In this document: positions 28,360 to 41,036 of the stretch, in pieces | How the letters are laid out: each line of letters opens with the position of its first letter | Position numbering within the stretch: position 1 is the stretch's first letter | DNA from: the human T2T-CHM13v2.0 reference genome, Homo sapiens | Reading direction: 5' to 3' (one strand) | Length of the DNA stretch: 64,000 nt | Assembly (NCBI RefSeq): GCF_009914755.1 | Contig: NC_060929.1 | Made by a program: the position numbers and the translations under genes | The notes under the pieces: generated by a model | Databases searched by the model: none | What the model saw: the letters and a program-made list of their open reading frames with translations, nothing else | Told to the model about the DNA's origin: nothing

Positions 28360-28590
28360 CATAGCTTTCTGGGTATAGACTCCCTGAATTTTAATCCTGC
28401 TTGTACCAATTATTAGCTGTGTGACTTCGGGCAAATTACATAAAACTTCTCTCTACCTCAATTTCTTCATGTTTAAAATGAGGATTATCATAAAACCCAT
28501 TTGATGATGGTATTTTAAAAATTAAACAAGTGTTAGTAAATAAAAATATTTTGGCCTAATGTCCAAAACATTGGCAATATTGCTAACATG
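28360..28590 (+). mobile_element. MIR SINE
   Basis: ttattagctgtgtgacttcgggcaaattac...ctcaatttcttcatgtttaaaatgaggat. Confidence 0.8.
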
Positions 28591-28761
28591 GCTTTATAAG
28601 TTTTGTCCCAGTCACACTGAAATAATTTTAGTTTATATATCATCTTTCTGTTTCCTACATGTTAGATTAAGTACATGGTATTTTCCTTGCCTAGAAAGTT
28701 CTCTTTCCCTGTCTTCCTATAAATAATTCTTAATCTTACTTTTCTTTCAGTTCTAAATTTT

Positions 28762-31131
28762 AATAGGTTTCTATTGCAGTGTACGAAACTATTGCAAACA
28801 TCACGTTTTCTTTTCTTTTCTTTTTTTTTAAAGAACATATTAATTGTCCCTGTGTGGGTCAGGAGTCCAGGGACACCTTAGCTGGATCCTCTGCTCAAAT
28901 TCTGTGAGTCCTACAAACAAGGTGTTGTCCAGGCTGCTTTTTATCTAGAGCTTCGGGAGCTCCTTGTGGTTACAGGACTGAGGAGCTCAGCTTCTAAAGG
29001 CATGGCCATTCGCTACCATAAGGCCAACAGTAGCGTCTCCCTGACTTCTAAGTTCCCTTTTAGGGATTCACATAGTTAGGTCAGGTATACCCAGGTTAAT
29101 TTCCCTTTTGATTAACTCAATGTCAAGTTATTAGAGGGTTTTTAAAAAGTCCTTCTAAATATAACAATTCCCACCCACAATCAAGGGTGAGTATTATACA
29201 AGTACAAAGGAATAGGTAACGTGAGGGCCATTTTAGAATTCCGACTACTTCAGTCTATTTTCTAGCACTGATAATTTAGTTCTCTCCCATTTTCAAAATA
29301 CATTTTCTCCCACCAAAACATGTCCCAGAGTCTCATCCCATTATAGAATCAACTCAAAGTCCAAAATCTCATTATCTAAATCCATCTGTGGACAAACCCA
29401 AAGGCCCCTATAATTTACAGCATACAGTGATAAGACAAGCAGAAGATAACGATTAGAAACATTTGATTCAAAAAGAGAGAAAATGAAAGGAAAAAATAAA
29501 TCACTTGATCCTAAGACTTCTGAAATCCACCAAGACAAGTGTTGGATTGTCCTTGATTAGCTTTTAAGGTCTGGGAATAATCCTTCACAGTTCTTGACTT
29601 CACCTCTGGGATCTTGGTTCCATCTTCTGAATCATTGCTCCTTTTTCTTTTCATGAAAGGTAATATGTGTTTTCAGTTAAGCACTTTTATCAGGTTTCTA
29701 CCTGCCAAAATAATTCTGTGAGACTGACAGCTTTATTTCATTACACACTATCTCTGTCCCTTTTACTCCCAGCTGCCACTAGTTCTGTGGAAACAATTTT
29801 CTCAAGGACTCTGTGAACCTTCATGGCTTTCAAGGGGATTTAATTCATTAGACAAACACCACAATCACAAATCTTTTGGAGATAATCTTTTCTCTATCTT
29901 TGGCTCCTGCTGAGATGAATGAGAGACAATATCTCTAAGCTTCCTGGAGACCCTCTTGCTTATTTGAAAGGTTCTGTGATTTACACCCTTAATCTCTTCT
30001 ACGGACTCTTTGTGTCATTGTGGGCTCCGACCTTTTGATCTTTCTGAAGTTTCAGCAAAAGGTTGTATAGCCACACACCCAGTTCTCTATACCACACTTT
30101 CACCAGTCATTTCCCAATTTTAGCATCTTTTGCCTTTTTGATGGGCTGAAAATTTTAAAAATCATTCAGTCCTATTTTCTTTATGGTTAGCAATTATTTC
30201 CTCACTTTTTCTCTATTCTCTCACATTTTATGGTAAATAGTAAGAAAAAAACAGATAGTACCTTCGACACTTTGCCTGAAAATCTCCAAGTTATACCTAT
30301 AGATTTTTCTTATAAGCTTCTCTTTCCATATAACTTCAGGACATACTTTTGTTAGTTTTAAGCCTCTGCATACCAAGGATCTGACCTCCTCTAATTCCTC
30401 AGTGAGATTCTCCTTACTTTCTTCTGAGTCTTCAGTATATTCAATATCCTGTTGTCTGTCATCAGTCTGTCAAATTAATTTATACTTTCTCCATCATACT
30501 TCCTCAAATTCTGTCTGATTCCATCACCTGGTTCCAAAGTTTCTCCCACATTTGAGATGTTAGTTGCAGCACTGCTCTATTTCTTGTATCAACATCCATT
30601 AGTTTTTTTTTTAATTCTATTTGACAAGTTATGACAAAGATAGTTTCTTAATAAAACACTCATTCATTATCTCACAGTTCCACGTGCTGAGAGTCAAGGC
30701 ATGGCTTAGCTGGAACATCGGTTCAGTCTTTCCAAGGGTTGCAATCCAAGATGCCTACAAAGTCTTCATTTTCACTTGAAGCTAAGGGCCCTCGTTCAAG
30801 TTTCTTTAGATTGTCGGTGGAATTTAGTTTCTCGTGGTGGGATTTTTGAGATTCTTATCTTGTAGAGGCTCTCTTTCTCCGTTGAAAGTTCCCAACAGCA
30901 AAAATGTCTCTCTCTTAGTCCTGTTCAAAAAGGTCAATCTTGACTAATTCAAAGTGAAGTAATAAGAGCCTTTACTTGCAACTGTAAAAAATTTCCTCTC
31001 CTTTGCCATATAAAGTGATACCATCTCCGTAATACTACCCATTATAGTCACAGATCAAACCCTCAGTCAAAGGGAGGGAATTATACAGGTGGTGGAAATC
31101 CCGGGGGCCATCTGGAATTCTGCCCTCCATA
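28762..31131 (-). mobile_element. MLT1 (E/F-like) MaLR provirus: LTR about 28762-29252, internal about 29253-30595, LTR about 30596-31131
   Basis: Two related LTRs (ggtcaggagtccagggacaccttagctgg / gagagtcaaggcatggcttagctgg), both ending gggccat..gaattc; MLT1-int-like sequence between them (aactcaaagtccaaaatctcattatctaaatc). Confidence 0.8.
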
Positions 31132-31439
31132 TCAGTCAAACTGTAACTTTCCATTTGCAATCACTCTATGTCCTTCTAGAGTACTCTGAACTCTTAATAT
31201 ATATCTGTAATCCCTGGAAACTGAAGGTGCAGTGACCCTGCTCCTTTTTCTTTTTTTGTATAATTTCCATGTTTCTTAGTTAATACTCTTTATACTTAGG
31301 TTCTTCATGTACCAGCTGAAGATAATACAAACCCTCATCTTTCACAAGAAAAGACTAGGGTAAGTTTTTTTAATATGATATTTTAAAACTACCAGTGACG
31401 ATTTCAATAAAAATGCTCCATACCTTCACTGAATGAATA

Positions 31440-31880
31440 TTGATAATATCACTATTCATAATAGACACAAACTGGAAATGATGCAAATATTTTTCAACAG
31501 TAGAACAGATAAAGATATTGCAGTATGTTTCTACAATAAGAAGCAATAAGAATAAATAAACTACAACTAAATTAAATTATAGAGAAATTTCTTGCACAAG
31601 CTATTTTGGGTGAAAGTTGAATATAAATTGGTATAGATCATAGAATTATATTTTTATATGTTCAAAAATAAGCTGAGCTAATTTAAATTGTTCAAAATGC
31701 ATATAACCCCGAAGGGAGGAGTGAAAATGATTCAAAGGGATATTCTGGTTGAAGTTAATATTCTACTTCTTGATCTGGATTTTTAAAATATGAATTAGCT
31801 CAATTAGTGAAAATTCATTGAGCGCTATACTAATGAATGGTACACAATCCTACATGTGATCTATAAATCAATAAAAAGTT
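31440..31880 (+). mobile_element. Old L1M (L1ME/MC-like) 3' end
   Basis: ttcataatagacacaaactggaaa...ttcttgatctgg...gaaaattcattgagc...caataaaaag. Confidence 0.65.
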
Positions 31881-32209
31881 CAAGAATATACAAAGGAAAT
31901 GATAACCACAAGAAAACTTATAGAAATAAAATATCCTCAAATAAAAGCAAACAATATAAATTATCATGTATATGAAGAATACATTTTCAATAACATGTTC
32001 TCTTACATACAATGCTCTTGCCCTTTACATTATTTTATAAATGAAATTAAATTACAGTTTAGAATTATCTGTCAACTCCTGCATATTGTAACGCTAGTGA
32101 ATTTTATGAAGTAAAACTGTCTCTTTTATTTTCCACAGATGAGGTCGAAGGAGGAGTTCTCCCCTGGCACATTTTTTGCTGTCATGTACGTTTTAACACA
32201 GAGTTTGAA

Positions 32210-32736
32210 GTTTTTGTTTTGTTTTGTTTTGTTTTAATTATACCTTAAGTTCTGGGATACATGTGCAGAACATGCAGGTTTGTTATACAGGTATACATGT
32301 GCCATGATGCACCTATCAACCCATCATCTACATTAGGTATTTCCCCTAATGCTATCCCTCCACTAGCCCCCCACCCCTTGAAAAGCTCCCGTGTGTGATG
32401 TTCCCCTCCGTGTGTCCATGTGTTCTCATTGTGCAACTCCCACTTGTGAGTGAAAACATGCGGTGTTTGATTTTCTATTCCTGTGTTAGTCTACTAAGAA
32501 TGATGGTTTCCAGCTTCATCCATGTCCCCGCAAAGGACATGAAATCATCATTTTTTATGGCTGCATAGTATTCCACAGTGTATATGTGCCACATTTTCTT
32601 TATCCAGTCTATCATTTATTAATGGGCATTTGGGTTGGTTCAAAGTCTTTGCTATTGCGAATAGTGCTGCAATAAACATACGTGTGCCTGTGTCTTTATA
32701 GTAGAATGATTTATAATCCTTTGGGAATATACTCAG
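32210..32736 (-). mobile_element. L1PA7-like 3' fragment (5' truncated)
   Basis: taagttctgggatacatgtgcagaacatgcagg...; (GTTTT)n tail; ends at ttgggaatatactcag. Confidence 0.92.
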
Positions 32737-33909
32737 AACTTTAATTACATAATTGTATTCATATGAAATATCTAGTTTATTGTGAATCTCTGAATTTTAC
32801 ATAATTTTTTGTAGCAGACTCATGTTACAACTTGTTTTTTTATTCAACATTAGGTTTTAGAGATTTTGTTATACTTATTCCTATAATTCAATTTGTTATT
32901 TTAGTTATGATATAGTATACTGTGTATGGAAACCTTGATTTTTGTATAGGTTTCATATTTTCCTCTTGGTGTACACTACCATGTTTCCAAACTTCATGTC
33001 ATTGTTAAATATATATTTCATGAAATCTTTGTATATATTCCTTATGCACATTTGACATTTTTGTGTTTTGTTTATGGTATAGTTAGAGATTTATAATTGT
33101 TATAACACTCATCTGAAATTCAACATATATTGATAAATTACTTTCCAAAGCACTTAGCAACTTAGTTTCCTGAGTGTATGATATACAGTGATATCTCCTT
33201 GTTTTTCTTCCTTGGCATTTATATAATTACTATTATTCTTAAACAAATTCAACACTCATTTTCCCATAAATGAATTGCCTGTACAAAACATAGTTTTTAC
33301 TTGGCTGTACAAAACATTTTTTTTTTACTTGTCGATGTTTAAATTTTCTAAAAAAGGTATACATTGTTTGTAAATTTGAATTTTTATTGCAATTTTATTA
33401 GTCTCCCTATATTTCTTTTTAATGTGTATCACTCATAGCCTAGTATATTTGAGATATAGAAATTCTACTACTTAACAATTTGGTCAAACCACTTCTAAAA
33501 CTACAGTTTAAATATTAATCAGCAAAATTTTCTTTATAATATTTTATATTTTTCTGAATATTTTATCTATGGTAAGATATGACAAGATATGGTAAGATTA
33601 AGTGTTTTTTTTAATTTATTACTTCTACAGTATTCACATTTTTATGGTTAATCTTGTCCATTTTCTGCCTTGATAAGTTGCAAAATTAATGTATTGTTTA
33701 AGTAATGTATGTAAATTAATTTCTACTTAGCTTTTTAACTATAAGCCACTTGTTTTTATATGAAGTATTTTTATTGCTATTTAGTTATAGGAGTTTAAGG
33801 TATAATGTTATCTTACTCTTTAACCTCTGTATTCTTTAAGAGTGCTTTTATCTTTTAGTCCACATGTGTAAGGGATTTTCTCATTCTTCTTGTTGATTTA
33901 TACTTTTCT

Positions 33910-35589
33910 TTTTTTTCTTTTTTTTATTATTATACTTGAAGTTCTAGGGTACATGTGCACAATGTGAAGGTTACATAGTATACATATGCCATGTTGGTGT
34001 GCTGCACCCATCACTCATCATTTACATTAGGTGTATCTCTTAATGCTATCCCTCCCCCCTTCCCCCCACCCCACCACAGGCCCTAGTGTGTGATGTTCCC
34101 CACCCTGTGTCCAAGTGTTCTCATTGTTTAATTCCCACCTATGAGTGAGAACATGCAGTGTTTGGTTTTCTGTCCTTGTGATAGTTTGCTCAGAATGATG
34201 GTTTCCAGCTTCATCCATGTCCCTATGAAGGACATGAACTCATCCTTTTGTATGGCTGCATAGTATTCCATGGTGTATATGTGCCACATTTTCTTAATCC
34301 AGTCTATCATTGATGGACATTTGGGTTGGTTCCAAGTCTCTGTTATTGTGAATAGTGCCACAATAAACATATGTGTGCATGTGTCTTTATGGCAGCATGA
34401 TTTATAATCCTTTGCAAACCACTGCTCAATGAAATAAAAGAGGGCACAAACAAATGAAAGAACATTCCATGCTCATGGATAGGAAGAATCAATATCATGA
34501 AAATGGCCATAATGCCCAAGGTAATTTATAGATTCAATGCCATCCCCATCAAGCTACCAAAGACTTTCTTCACAGAACTGGAAAAAAACTACTTTAAAGT
34601 TCATATGGAACGAGAAAAGAGCCTGCATCGCCAAGTCAATCCTAAGCCAAGAGAACAAAACTGGAGGCATCATAATACCTGACTTCCAACTATACTACAA
34701 GGCTACAGTAACCAAAACAGTGTGGTACTGGTATCAAAACAGAGATATAGACCAATGGAACAGAACAGAGACCTCAGAAATAATACCACACATCTACAAC
34801 CATCTGATCTTTGACAAACCTGACAAAAACAACAAATGGGGAAAGGATTCCCTGTTTAATAAATGGTGCTAGGAAAACTGGCTAGCCATATGTAGAAAGC
34901 TGAAACTGGATCCCTTCCTTACAACTTATACAAAAATCAATTCAAGATGGAATAAAGACTTAAATGTTAGACCTAAAACCATAAAAACCCTAGAAGTAAA
35001 CCTAGATAATACCATTCAGGCCATAGGCATGGGCAAGGACTTTATGACTAAAACACTAAAAGCAATGGCAACAAAAGCCAAAATTGACAAATGGGATCTA
35101 ATTAAACTAAAGAGCTTCTGCACAGCAAAAGAAACTACCATCAGAGTGAATACGCAACCTACAGAATGGGAGAAAAATTTTACAATCTACCCATCTGACA
35201 AAGGGCTAATATCCAGAATCTACAAAGAACTTAATCAAATTTACAAGAAGAAATCAGACAACCCCATCAAAAAGTGGGCAAAGGATATGAACAGACACTT
35301 CTCAAAAGAAGACATTTATGCAGCCAATAGACACATGAAAAAATGCTCATCACTGGTCATCAGAGAAATGCAAATCAAAACCACAATGAGATACCATCTC
35401 ACACCAGTTAGAATGGCTTTCATCAAAAAGTCAGGAATCAACAGGTGCTGGAGAGGATGTGGAGAAATAGGAACACTTTTACACTGTTGGTGGGACTGTA
35501 AACTAGTTCAACCATTGTGGAAGTCAGTGTGGCGATTCCTTAAGGATCTAGAACTAGAAATACCATTTGACCTAGCCATCCCATTACTG
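33910..35589. mobile_element. L1PA5-like element with 5' inversion: 33910-34414 minus, 34415-35589 plus
   Basis: Exact 16-bp TSD tgatttatacttttct at 33894-33909 and 35588-35603; orientation switch at tcctttg|caaaccactg. Confidence 0.95.
34497..35589 (+). pseudogene. L1 ORF2 C-terminal remnant
   Basis: ORFs 34497-34872 and 35029-35652 give [26 protein letters not shown] and the zinc knuckle [18 protein letters not shown]. Confidence 0.92.
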
Positions 35590-35737
35590 ATTTATACTTT
35601 TCTATTGCACTTTCTTTATTTTGCTGCTCACTTTCACTTTTTCAAATGCTGATAATTTTTTACAACTTAATATATGTTTAATTTGGTAACTTTTCTGAAT
35701 AATTTTAGAATGTGTGTATAGCCTCTTTTTGTATGTT

Positions 35738-35980
35738 TGGTGCGATCTCAGCTCCCTGCAACCGCTGCCTCCTGAGTTCAAGTGATTCTCCTGCCTCAGC
35801 CTCCTGAGTAGCTGGAATTGCAGGTTCCGGCTACCACGCCAAGCTAATTTTTGTGTTTTTAGTAGAGATAGGGTTTCACCATACTGGCCAGGCTGATCTC
35901 GAGCTCCTGACTTCAAGTGATCTGCCCTCCTCAGCCTCCCAAAGTGCTACTTTTACAGGTATGAACCACCACGCCCAGCC
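35738..35980 (-). mobile_element. AluS lacking its 3' end and tail
   Basis: Starts at ggtgcgatctcagctc and ends acgcccagcc; no poly-T and no TSD seen. Confidence 0.92.
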
Positions 35981-36734
35981 AGGTTTGTTAATTGCACTGC
36001 CAAAATATTATCCTTTTTCTAATTGTGAATTTTTTTTGTTTATAAAACTTTAATTCTTTCCAGGTATTGCAACTTTTATTTTTTTCTTTACGTTTCTATA
36101 AATGTATGATTTCTATATCATTGTGGTGGTTTTTACTATCACCATTCTCTAGTATTTTTCCTGACAAAAATTAATTATTATTTTTAGGTATTTATATTCA
36201 TAAATGTGCTTTTTTGGTTACTTTTTACCAGAAATATATTTCTTCTTTTTCAGTAAAATTTTAAATCATTGTATTTTAGGTGAATTTATTTTAGATAGCA
36301 TACTAATTGGCTTTGTTTGTTTATTGAATCAGAAAGATTCTATTTGGAAAATCCTATTCATTTGTATTTATTTAGTATTTTTATTATATTTTGATATACT
36401 GTTCTTCCTTGATTCTCTAAAAATATTTTTGTAAAATATTTATTCTCATTTCTCTGTATGTATGAGGGAGAGAAAGAGGGAGGGAGAGAGAGCAGAGAGA
36501 TATCTATCATATGCATGTGTTGCTATTTGAATGATGGCTTAAATGAAAACAGAACTGGATATCTACATTTAATTCTGCACATGCAAGTCCATATCTATTC
36601 TTTACCACCGTGTAGATAAATAATTCTTTAATATGTCTTTGTTTCCACCTCCTTGTTAGTAAAGGCTGTTTTTACCTTTTAAGGTTAATAACATTTTGAC
36701 TTTAAAATGCTATTTCTTTTTAATATTTTTATTT

Positions 36735-37035
36735 TTTACTTTTTTAAAAAAACGTTATTTTAGGTTTGGGGGTACACATGAAGGTGTGTTACATAGGTAA
36801 ACACGTGTCACAGGAGTTTGTTGTACAGATTATGTCATCACCCAGGCATTAAGCCCAGTACCCAACAGTTATCTTTCCTGCTCCTCTCCCCTCTCCTGTC
36901 CTCCCCACTCAAGCAGATCCCAGTGCCTGTTGTTTCCTTCTTTGTGTTCATAAGTTCTTGTCATTTAGCTCCCACTTGTAAGTGAGAATAGGCAGTGTTT
37001 GGTTTTCTGTTCCTCCGTTAGTTTGCTAAGGATAA
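36735..37035 (-). mobile_element. L1PA13-15-like 3' end
   Basis: ttttaggtttgggggtacacatgaagg...cacccaggcattaagcccagtacccaacag...ttagtttgctaaggataa. Confidence 0.85.
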
Positions 37036-37207
37036 CTAAAACCAAATAATTTAAGAAGTCCTATTTTGATATTACATTCTTTTATTTTTAAATTTGATCT
37101 TTTTAAAGTCTCTGTAGACTTAATTATTCTATAAACTCTATTTCTTACTTTTTTCTTCATTCCATCTCCTTAATAACAGGATTATAATATTATCATAATG
37201 ATATATC

Positions 37208-37518
<311 letters not shown>

Positions 37519-38129
37519 TGACTTCTAAGTAAGCTCACTGTTCATGGTGTATAATCTCTATTGCACTTTTATCAGAAATAAATTTCCACTTTAGTAACTT
37601 TTACTGTTTATAAATATCATCAACACACAACTATTCTTGATTTTCTCCCAATTTGTTTTCTGTATAGGATATTATTTTCATCTAAATTATCATACTTAGC
37701 TTTTTGTAATACTTAAAATTCATTGAGATAAATAATGTCTTACTAAAAAGTATAATTTGATAAGAATAACAACCTTAGTGATTTAAAAATATTTAGCAAC
37801 TTCCAGTGAGACATTTTACTTTAGAGAATGGCAAGATTTCTGAAGATCTGAAAATGTGGATCTTCTTGTTTTATTCTTCAATTGATTTCTAAAGAGTATA
37901 TATATATCTGGGCCTTTTTCAGTGTTTTCAGAACTAGTTTCATTTCAATATTATTGCATTTACAGTTTGGGGAACAACAGAGAGATAAAAAGAGAAAGAG
38001 ATTCATTTTCTCACTATAAATTTTCTTTATGTTGCCATTCGTCCTAACTCAGTTTCATTGTCTTAATGAATCATTCAGAGTGACCTTGTGATTGAAAGCA
38101 GTTGCTTTTCTGATAACAAGGATGTATTT

Positions 38130-38310
38130 GACAGAAAGTATATGGGGTTTAATGAACACATGTTCTGCCACTTTAAGTAATTTGTTGCTTTGGCAAATTT
38201 CTTAACCACTCTGTGTTATAGAACCTTGGAAATAAAATCCCTGATAAGGATGACATAAGATTATTGTGAAGACTACATAAAATAAGTTATGCAAAAATCC
38301 ACTGAAAGAT
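38130..38310 (+). mobile_element. MIR SINE
   Basis: ttctgccactttaagtaatttgttgctttggcaaatttcttaaccactctgtg...gattattgtgaagact. Confidence 0.6.
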
Positions 38311-39169
38311 TATAATAATATAATTGTTACTTACTTATTTTCATTTCCACAGGGCAAAAAAAATTTTTTTCCGACTTGCATTTTACACATTAGAAAATTG
38401 TACTAACAAAATTAACCATTATCTCTACAAAAGTAACTATTCAAACCTTAGCTTAAACAACAGATTCATTTTATGTACAATCGCTTTTTCTTTTCATGTT
38501 AAACGCAACCGTATTTTTATATTACATACACTGCCTTGGATAGTCACTGTATCCTCTAAGGTTTAGCATAGAATAATGAGGAAAATACATTAAATATTTC
38601 ATTATAAATGAGTTAATATTTTTTCTATAGTTTTATCCTAAATAAGAAATGTTTTACTATTATCATAAAGTTTTATTCTTAACAGTTAAATTGACTTTCT
38701 ATCTTTATTCATGTTTATTTAAAAAACAGATTTTGTGAGAGATATTTTACACCTATGGGTCTATCTTTGATTGAATCATGACTTTTTATATCTACCTTTT
38801 TTCTTGATACACTTTCTACAAAAACGCTACTCTTAAAATATTTGTCACTTTACAATCTCTATGTAATTATCTAGATTTATCCATGAGGGCTGCTCTTAGA
38901 TGTCTTAATTAATTATTTCCTTAAAAAATAATTCGTTACTTGCTACATGTCAGCCCTTTGCAAGGTATTGAAATAAAAGAGACATGACTCATTATAAAAG
39001 ACATTACAGTTTAATGCCTTTTAAACAACACTTTAAAGACATTAACGTGTAACATTAATGTAACACCTACCCTACCAATGGTAGTAGGGTAGATGTTACT
39101 TTTTGCAACAGAGGCTGCAATTTTTCAACAGAACAAACTACACAAAATATTAAAGGTGCCAGTAAATAT

Positions 39170-39276
39170 TTTATATATATATATATCTATACTCACATAT
39201 GTATATATTATATACATACATATTATATTATATATGTATTTATCTGTGTGTGTGTGAGTGTGTGTGTGTGCATGTG
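39170..39276. repeat. Compound (TA)n/(TG)n microsatellite
   Basis: Imperfect TA repeats followed by tgtgtgtgtgtgagtgtgtgtgtgtg. Confidence 0.85.
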
Positions 39277-39611
39277 TTAGTTGGGTTGCAAAATGTGGAT
39301 CAGCATAGCCTTTATGAAGAGTTGAAATTAGACAGATTCCCGGACAATAATAAGGTATCATTTAGATGGATGATAGGTGAAAATTCATTGTAGGTAAATA
39401 AACCAAGGGGAGCAAAGGCAGTGTGGTATTAAAGGGTCGTTCATATTTAATACAATGGAGAAGTGAGTGAATTATTTACGATAGACAATGCGCAGATAAG
39501 TGCTTGGCAGGAGCTGCATTTAAAGGACCACTAATGGACAGACCCTCTGCAAACCATATAGGATCCCGTTGACTCTAACATATCTTTTCAAATTTTGTCA
39601 GGTAGACTGAT

Positions 39612-40360
39612 GTGCTAGTTTTAAAGCAATTGGTTCCCAGCTCCAACACCATGCTTCTGTAACCTGCTTTGGTAAACTGACACAGGGAATCTGCAAACCA
39701 CATTGTTTCTTTTCATGCTGAATTTATGTAAGTATACGCCAACAGTAAGTAGCAGACTGAGACTGTAAGACTGGAAAAGGAAGACGGGATTTACACTTCC
39801 AATGTACTTCCTGTAGGTTCCTTGTAGGCTTCCTCATTCTGTGGGCAGCTGCCCAGCAATGTTTGTTCAGCTTGGCAGCACTCCATCATTTTAACAGTTG
39901 CTGAATCAAGTCTTCAGTTTTTCCAGCGTTTGCACAACCAGTGTCACGGTGCCCCACCTCAAATGTATCTGGACCACCCAGAAGGTATCACAACTCAGAG
40001 GTCTCAATGTCAGCTACATGGGGATGAGATGGGATTGAGGGGCTTCTTCTCAGCTGAGAGACACTAGTATAAACCAGCATCACCTCTGGGCCAGAGGTCT
40101 TAATTTTAGCTTCCGTGGCCCCTTCTAGAAGTTTCTAAATTTGAATTATTGTAACCACTTCCATTTATTCCCTCAGAACAAGGGTCAGTAGTTGTATCTT
40201 GCAGTTGATACTTCCATGGTATCTTAGAGTTCTCTTTGTACCTTTAAAATATCTAGATAATAACCTTATAAATAGTTAACAATTTTTTATATTAAATTTT
40301 ATTTTTCTAGTTTGAAAAGACTACTATGGTTTCTGTTTCTGACTTGTGCTGACTCGAATA
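39612..40360 (+). mobile_element. LTR41/LTR33-like ERVL solo LTR
   Basis: tgtgctagttttaaagcaattggttcccagctccaa...ctgcaaaccacatt...gagactgtaagactgg; 3' tatattaaatt...ggtttctgtttctgac. Confidence 0.72.
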
Positions 40361-40361
40361 A

Positions 40362-40530
40362 CCAATGTTTCTCAAAAGTAGGAAATTGTACTTTTAAAAT
40401 ACTTGTTGAATGTAAAGCTCGCAAAGCTCTTTCTTGGAGATTTTAATTCTATACTTCTGGGTCTTTAAATATGTGTATTTTTAAGAGAAAACCATATGAT
40501 TCTGATGATTAATCAACTTTTGGAAGTGCT
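40362..40530. mobile_element. MER5-like hAT fragment
   Basis: caatgtttctcaaa...ggagattttaattc...tgtatttttaag...tgattctgatg...ttggaagtgct. Confidence 0.5.
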
Positions 40531-40760
40531 CCTATAAACCCACAGGAAGCCATTTAAGCACTTTTTAAGTGAATAATTTTAGAAAGATATTTTAACAATC
40601 CATGACTATGTGAATTAATTTTGTTGGAGAAAGGCTAGAAGCATGGTATCCAGTTAGAAGATGTCATGTGAGAAATTTAAGTTGAATCACAGAATTTGGG
40701 TTTAGTGATTGGAGGAGCCATTCCCAAATATTAGACTTAAGGATTAAGATAATAGTTACA

Positions 40761-41036
<276 letters not shown>

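Noticed and set aside
35029-35652. Longest ORF in the window (207 aa)
   Set aside because: It is the L1 ORF2 C-terminus in an inverted, truncated insertion running into flanking DNA, not a host gene
39735-39760. CTCF site typical of LTR41
   Set aside because: The position reads gccaacagtaagtagcag; the G-rich core is lost
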